Assembly (NCBI GenBank): GCA_965214745.1 | Contig: OZ243978.1 | Span: forward strand, 2,722,491-2,786,490 | Reading direction: 5' to 3' | Origin: Dehalococcoidia bacterium | GTDB taxonomy: Bacteria; Chloroflexota; Dehalococcoidia; Lucifugimonadales; UBA1123 | Length of the DNA stretch: 64,000 bases | Part shown: piece after piece, positions 60,623 through 64,000 of the stretch | How positions within the stretch are numbered: position 1 is the stretch's first letter | Layout of the letters: every line of letters begins with the position of its first letter | Translations under genes and position numbers: made by a program | Notes under the pieces: model-generated | What the model was told of the DNA's origin: nothing | The model's input: the letters and a program-made list of their open reading frames with translations, nothing else | The model's database searches: none

Positions 60623-60824
60623 GTCGCCGACAATCATCCTCGCCTACGTAGACCCCGGCGCCGCCGGCTTCATCGTAGTATCCGTTCTGGGCTTCTTGGC
60701 TGCGATTGGATACACCATTCGTTCGCACTTCGCGCGCCTCAAAGCGCTCGTATTCCGCAGCGCCCGAAACGGGAGCGAAGACACGGCTGCCGACACGGAA
60801 CGCGAGCCGCGCGTTGGCGCCTGA
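60615..60824 (+). CDS. small membrane protein (hypothetical)
   Basis: 69 aa from ATG 60615, overlapping the stop of the upstream gene (ATGAATGA). MNESPTIILAYVDPGAAGFIVVSVLGFLAAIGY..., one TM helix. Confidence 0.4.
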   Translation: MNESPTIILAYVDPGAAGFIVVSVLGFLAAIGYTIRSHFARLKALVFRSARNGSEDTAADTEREPRVGA

Positions 60825-62244
60825 CATCGAGCCGGACGCCGGCTCGTTCAAGGACCCGGCGGGGCGGGTGTACCGCGTCTCCGGCGAATCGGGCTGCGAA
60901 CGCATCGTTCGCGGCCTGAATCGGGACGCGGCCTCGACGATTCGACGGCTGCTCGCCGAGCCGTTCTTCAGGGAGCTGATTGCCGACGGCAGCGTCGTCG
61001 CTACCCGTCTGCTCGACGCCGAGCGCGCGGATGTTCAGCGCATACTGGCGGACGGCTGGAGCGCGGCGGTGGAGCACGAGCCGCTGGACTTCATTACCTA
61101 CCCTTACGAGTGGGCGTTCTCGATGCTCAGGGACGCGGCTCTGCTTCAGCTGCGCCTGCTGAAAGCGAGCGTTCGGAACGGCTGGACGCTCAAAGACGCC
61201 ACGCCCTTCAACATCCAGTGGGCGGGCGCTCGCCCCGTGTTCATAGACGCGCCGTCGTTCGTCCCGCGGGATGACGGCGAATACTGGCGCGGCTACCGCC
61301 AGTTCTGCGCGATGTTTCTTACGCCCCTTCTGCTGACCGCGCATCTGGGCATACCGTTCCAACCGCTGCTTCGCTCGCGGCTCGAAGGCATCCCGCCGGA
61401 TGAGGCGGCAAGATACTTCTACGGACTGCGGCGATTCAAGCGCGGCGTCATGTCTCACATCTGGTTTCCCGCCAAAGCCGAGAGCCGCGCCCGGCGGCGC
61501 GGGAGCGATGAACGCCGCCCGCGCGCGCGCAGGCGCCGCCGCCGACAGCCGAAGACGAATCTGCTGGCTCTTCTGGACAGCCTAGAGAGGCTCGTCGCCA
61601 AGCTCTCTTACGGACGAACGCGCTCGGACTGGGCGCGGTACGCCTCGACCCACTCCTACGAGGAAGCGGACTTCGAGCTAAAGAGGGGCTTCGTTCTGCG
61701 TCACATAGAGTCGCGCCGTCCGCGTCTGACGTGGGACTTGGGCGCGAACACGGGTGAAATATCGCGCGTAGCAGCCCAGCATTCGGGAACCGTCGTAGCG
61801 GTGGACGCGGACGCGGACGCCGTAGAGCTTCTCTACCGCGAGACGCGGGCGCGCGGACCGCGCAACATCATCCCCCTGGTGATGGACTTGGCGAACCCCT
61901 CGCCGGCGCAGGGTTGGGCTGGCGGCGAGCGCGCGGCGCTCGACCAGCGTCGAAGCCCAGACGCGGCGCTCTGCCTCGCGCTGGTCCATCACATGCGCGT
62001 TTCCGCCAACATCCCCCTGCCGATGTTCATCCAGTGGCTTCGCAGCCTGAACGCGGCTATCGTCTTGGAGTTCGTCGGGCGCGAGGATGAGATGTTCCAG
62101 CGGCTTATCGAAAACAAGGAGGAAGATTACGCCGACTACACCGCGGAGAACTTCGAGGCGGAAATAGGCAAGCGCTTCACAACGCGCGATCGCCTGAAGC
62201 TGAAGGGCGGCTTGCGGGAGCTGTTCTTGCTGGAACCGGTCTGA
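60814..62244 (+). CDS. class I SAM-dependent methyltransferase with N-terminal uncharacterised domain
   Basis: ORF open from 60706. Likely start is TTG 60814 (LAPDIEPDAGSFKDPAGRVYRV...). C-terminal SAM motif I TWDLGANTGEIS and ...VVAVDADADAV. Confidence 0.6.
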   Translation: MAPDIEPDAGSFKDPAGRVYRVSGESGCERIVRGLNRDAASTIRRLLAEPFFRELIADGSVVATRLLDAERADVQRILADGWSAAVEHEPLDFITYPYEWAFSMLRDAALLQLRLLKASVRNGWTLKDATPFNIQWAGARPVFIDAPSFVPRDDGEYWRGYRQFCAMFLTPLLLTAHLGIPFQPLLRSRLEGIPPDEAARYFYGLRRFKRGVMSHIWFPAKAESRARRRGSDERRPRARRRRRRQPKTNLLALLDSLERLVAKLSYGRTRSDWARYASTHSYEEADFELKRGFVLRHIESRRPRLTWDLGANTGEISRVAAQHSGTVVAVDADADAVELLYRETRARGPRNIIPLVMDLANPSPAQGWAGGERAALDQRRSPDAALCLALVHHMRVSANIPLPMFIQWLRSLNAAIVLEFVGREDEMFQRLIENKEEDYADYTAENFEAEIGKRFTTRDRLKLKGGLRELFLLEPV

Positions 62245-62335
62245 TTCCTAGAAAATCGCGCGTGTCAACCCATTTTTCGATACATTTGTGATAAAATTTC
62301 GCCGTCTAGCGTAAAAGCCAGGATGGTGTCCGCCC

Positions 62336-62941
62336 ATGACGGCGCGCTTGGGGCTGAACATAATTCTCGTCGCCGCGATATTTGCCAGCGCGGGCGGCGC
62401 CGCTGCGATTATGCTCCGAGACGCCGGCGCGCAAGACGGGGTTGCGGTGATACTCCCCGAAGCGCCGACAGCGGACTACGCCGACGCGCCAAGCGCGTCT
62501 TCAGCGGCGGCATACGTCTACGTCTCCGGCGAAGTCGCGCTGCCCGGCGTATACCGCATGGAGGACGGCTCCCGCGTATCGGACGCGCTCTCAGCCGCCG
62601 GAGGACCTACGCGAGACGCGAACCTGAACGGCGTGAACCTAGCCGCCAAGCTATCCGACGAGCAGCGGCTACACTTCCCATCTCTGTCCGCATCCGCTCC
62701 CGGCGACACCGCCGCCGCGGCGCGTCCGCTCGCGGCATCCGCAAGCGCCGCCATCGACATCAACACCGCCACTGTCGACGAGCTTCGCGCCCTGCCCGGC
62801 ATCGGCGCCGCGCGCGCGGCGGCAATCGCCGAGCATCGCCGCGCCAATGGGCGGTTCGACAGCGTCGACGAGCTTGCTCAGGTAAACGGCATCGGAGACG
62901 GCATAGTGAATTCTATCCGCAGCCGAGTCGTCGCGCGCTGA
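62336..62941 (+). CDS. comEA: ComEA-family DNA-binding protein (SLBB + tandem helix-hairpin-helix)
   Basis: 201 aa, N-terminal TM segment. VYVSGEVALPGVYRMEDGSRVSDALSAAGG, INTATVDELRALPGIGAARAAAIAEHR..NGRFDSVDELAQVNGIG. Confidence 0.85.
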   Translation: MTARLGLNIILVAAIFASAGGAAAIMLRDAGAQDGVAVILPEAPTADYADAPSASSAAAYVYVSGEVALPGVYRMEDGSRVSDALSAAGGPTRDANLNGVNLAAKLSDEQRLHFPSLSASAPGDTAAAARPLAASASAAIDINTATVDELRALPGIGAARAAAIAEHRRANGRFDSVDELAQVNGIGDGIVNSIRSRVVAR

Positions 62942-62949
62942 GAGCGCCT

Positions 62950-63765
62950 CTACTCCCCGATTATCGGGTACGGCGACAGGTCCGTAATCCCCGCTTCAGC
63001 CAAAACGTCTTCATCGTAGACTATCTTGCCCGTGTAGCTTTGCGGATCGCGCTCGCATATGACAGCGCCCGCGTCGCCCATGATGATGCCGTCTTCCCGC
63101 GCGCCCGCGTAGGGGCGGTCGCCGCGGAACCAGCGCTGACCTTCGGAGGCTATCGCGCCGCGCGGCGAGAGCGCGTTGACCGCGATGTTGTGTTCGTAAA
63201 GCTCGCTCGCCAGCCCCTGCGTGAACCGCTCTAGGTGCGCCTTGCCCGCGCCGTATGCGACGCCGTCGGGCCTAGCCGATTCGTAGGGACCCTCGCCGGG
63301 GCCTATCGCGCCCACCGAGCTGATGTTGACGATATGCCCCCATCCGCGCTCCTTCATGTACGGGATTACCAGCTTGCACCCCAAGAAGGGGCCTCGGATG
63401 TTGACGCGGTATAGCAAGTCCCAATGCCGAACTTGCATCGACTCCACCGCGCCGGGTATCAGGATAGCGGCGTTGTTCACTAGGATGTCGATACGCCCGA
63501 ATTGCTCGGCTGTCCGCTCGAACATCGCGGCTATGTCTTCTTCCCGCGTGACGTCGCATCGGACGCCGACAGCCGTTCCGCCCTCGCCGCGAATGCGCTT
63601 CACCGCGGTTTGGACGCTTCCGGGAATGCGGAAGTCTCCCTCGTTCATCGTGCGCGCCGACACGACGACGCTCGCGCCCTCGCGCGCGAACACGACAGCC
63701 ATATCCCTGCCTATGCCGCGGCTCGCGCCGGTGATTACAGCCACTTTTCCATCCAGCTTGCCCAA
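62950..63765 (-). CDS. SDR-family oxidoreductase
   Basis: 271 aa. GKVAVITGASRGIG, NNAAI, catalytic Y..GAGK. Confidence 0.88.
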   Translation of the reverse strand: MGKLDGKVAVITGASRGIGRDMAVVFAREGASVVVSARTMNEGDFRIPGSVQTAVKRIRGEGGTAVGVRCDVTREEDIAAMFERTAEQFGRIDILVNNAAILIPGAVESMQVRHWDLLYRVNIRGPFLGCKLVIPYMKERGWGHIVNISSVGAIGPGEGPYESARPDGVAYGAGKAHLERFTQGLASELYEHNIAVNALSPRGAIASEGQRWFRGDRPYAGAREDGIIMGDAGAVICERDPQSYTGKIVYDEDVLAEAGITDLSPYPIIGE

Positions 63766-63914
63766 TGTTCGCCTCCTGTGCGTTTCGCATGCACGCGGAG
63801 TCTATTATATCCCGCGTCATTCCGCATGCCATGCCCGTGAATTCCCGCCAACCCATGCAAAACCCCGCCGCGCGGCGTACAATGGCAAGCGCACGACAAC
63901 GCGGGAGGCTCGAT

Positions 63915-64000
63915 ATGAAACTTGCGCTGCAATACGAGATGCAAAGACCCACGCTGGACGATCACCTAGTGCTTACGGAAACTATGGAACAGTGCATCTT
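63915..64000 (+). CDS. LLM-class (luciferase-like) oxidoreductase, 3' end beyond window
   Basis: GGGAGG then ATG 63915. MKLALQYEMQRPTLDDHLVLTETMEQCI resembles the LLM N-terminus (MKFGLFYE.Q.P). Only 28 codons are visible. Confidence 0.45.
   Translation, partial: MKLALQYEMQRPTLDDHLVLTETMEQCI

Overview
High-GC bacterial chromosomal segment, dominated by housekeeping and catabolic genes. The gene content (split gcvPA/gcvPB, Rex, TrmI, several LLM/F420-type oxidoreductases, CaiB-type CoA-transferase, SDRs, amidohydrolases) suggests a Chloroflexota/SAR202-like organism, but that is a low-confidence guess. Recognisable content: glmS (5' partial), an RraA-like/AtzG-like/amidase trio, tRNA-Pro(UGG), a sugar transferase and an O-antigen-ligase-like protein, glyQS, a TlpA-like thioredoxin, ftsH, a family-5 ABC binding protein with two permeases (no ATPases), gcvT-H-PA-PB, trmI, a MidA-type methyltransferase, citrate synthase, rex, the complete F1Fo ATP synthase operon (atpZ-B-E-F-H-A...G-D-C), a BI-1 family protein, a CoA-transferase/TPP-enzyme/hotdog operon, a three-subunit molybdenum hydroxylase chained to a DUF2332 gene, otsB, a cyclase, comEA and several oxidoreductases. 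Observations worth follow-up: (1) a peroxiredoxin interrupted by an in-frame TGA at the catalytic Cys position, with a hairpin directly downstream, is a probable selenoprotein that ORF calling missed. (2) A lower-GC ~2.7 kb three-gene cassette (GmrSD-type DUF262/DUF1524 nuclease, acidic 111-aa orphan, HicB-like protein) sits inside the ATP synthase operon between atpA and atpG. (3) A ~0.66-0.70 kb head-to-tail tandem duplication spans the ftsH 3' end and the 5' part of an Mrr-type restriction gene, and leaves neither mrr copy intact. (4) A two-repeat, one-spacer element with exact type I-E CRISPR geometry (29/32/29 nt) lies upstream of rex, with no cas genes in the window. (5) A 20-nt poly(C) tract upstream of a sulfatase-like membrane protein sets the frame relationship between an upstream ATG and the long ORF. 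(6) Two paralogous coiled-coil/nuclease-like proteins are present, one carrying nine 21-bp (heptad) tandem repeats. (7) An AT-rich orphan gene is wedged directly in front of gcvT. All product calls come from reading motifs in the translations; no database search was possible.
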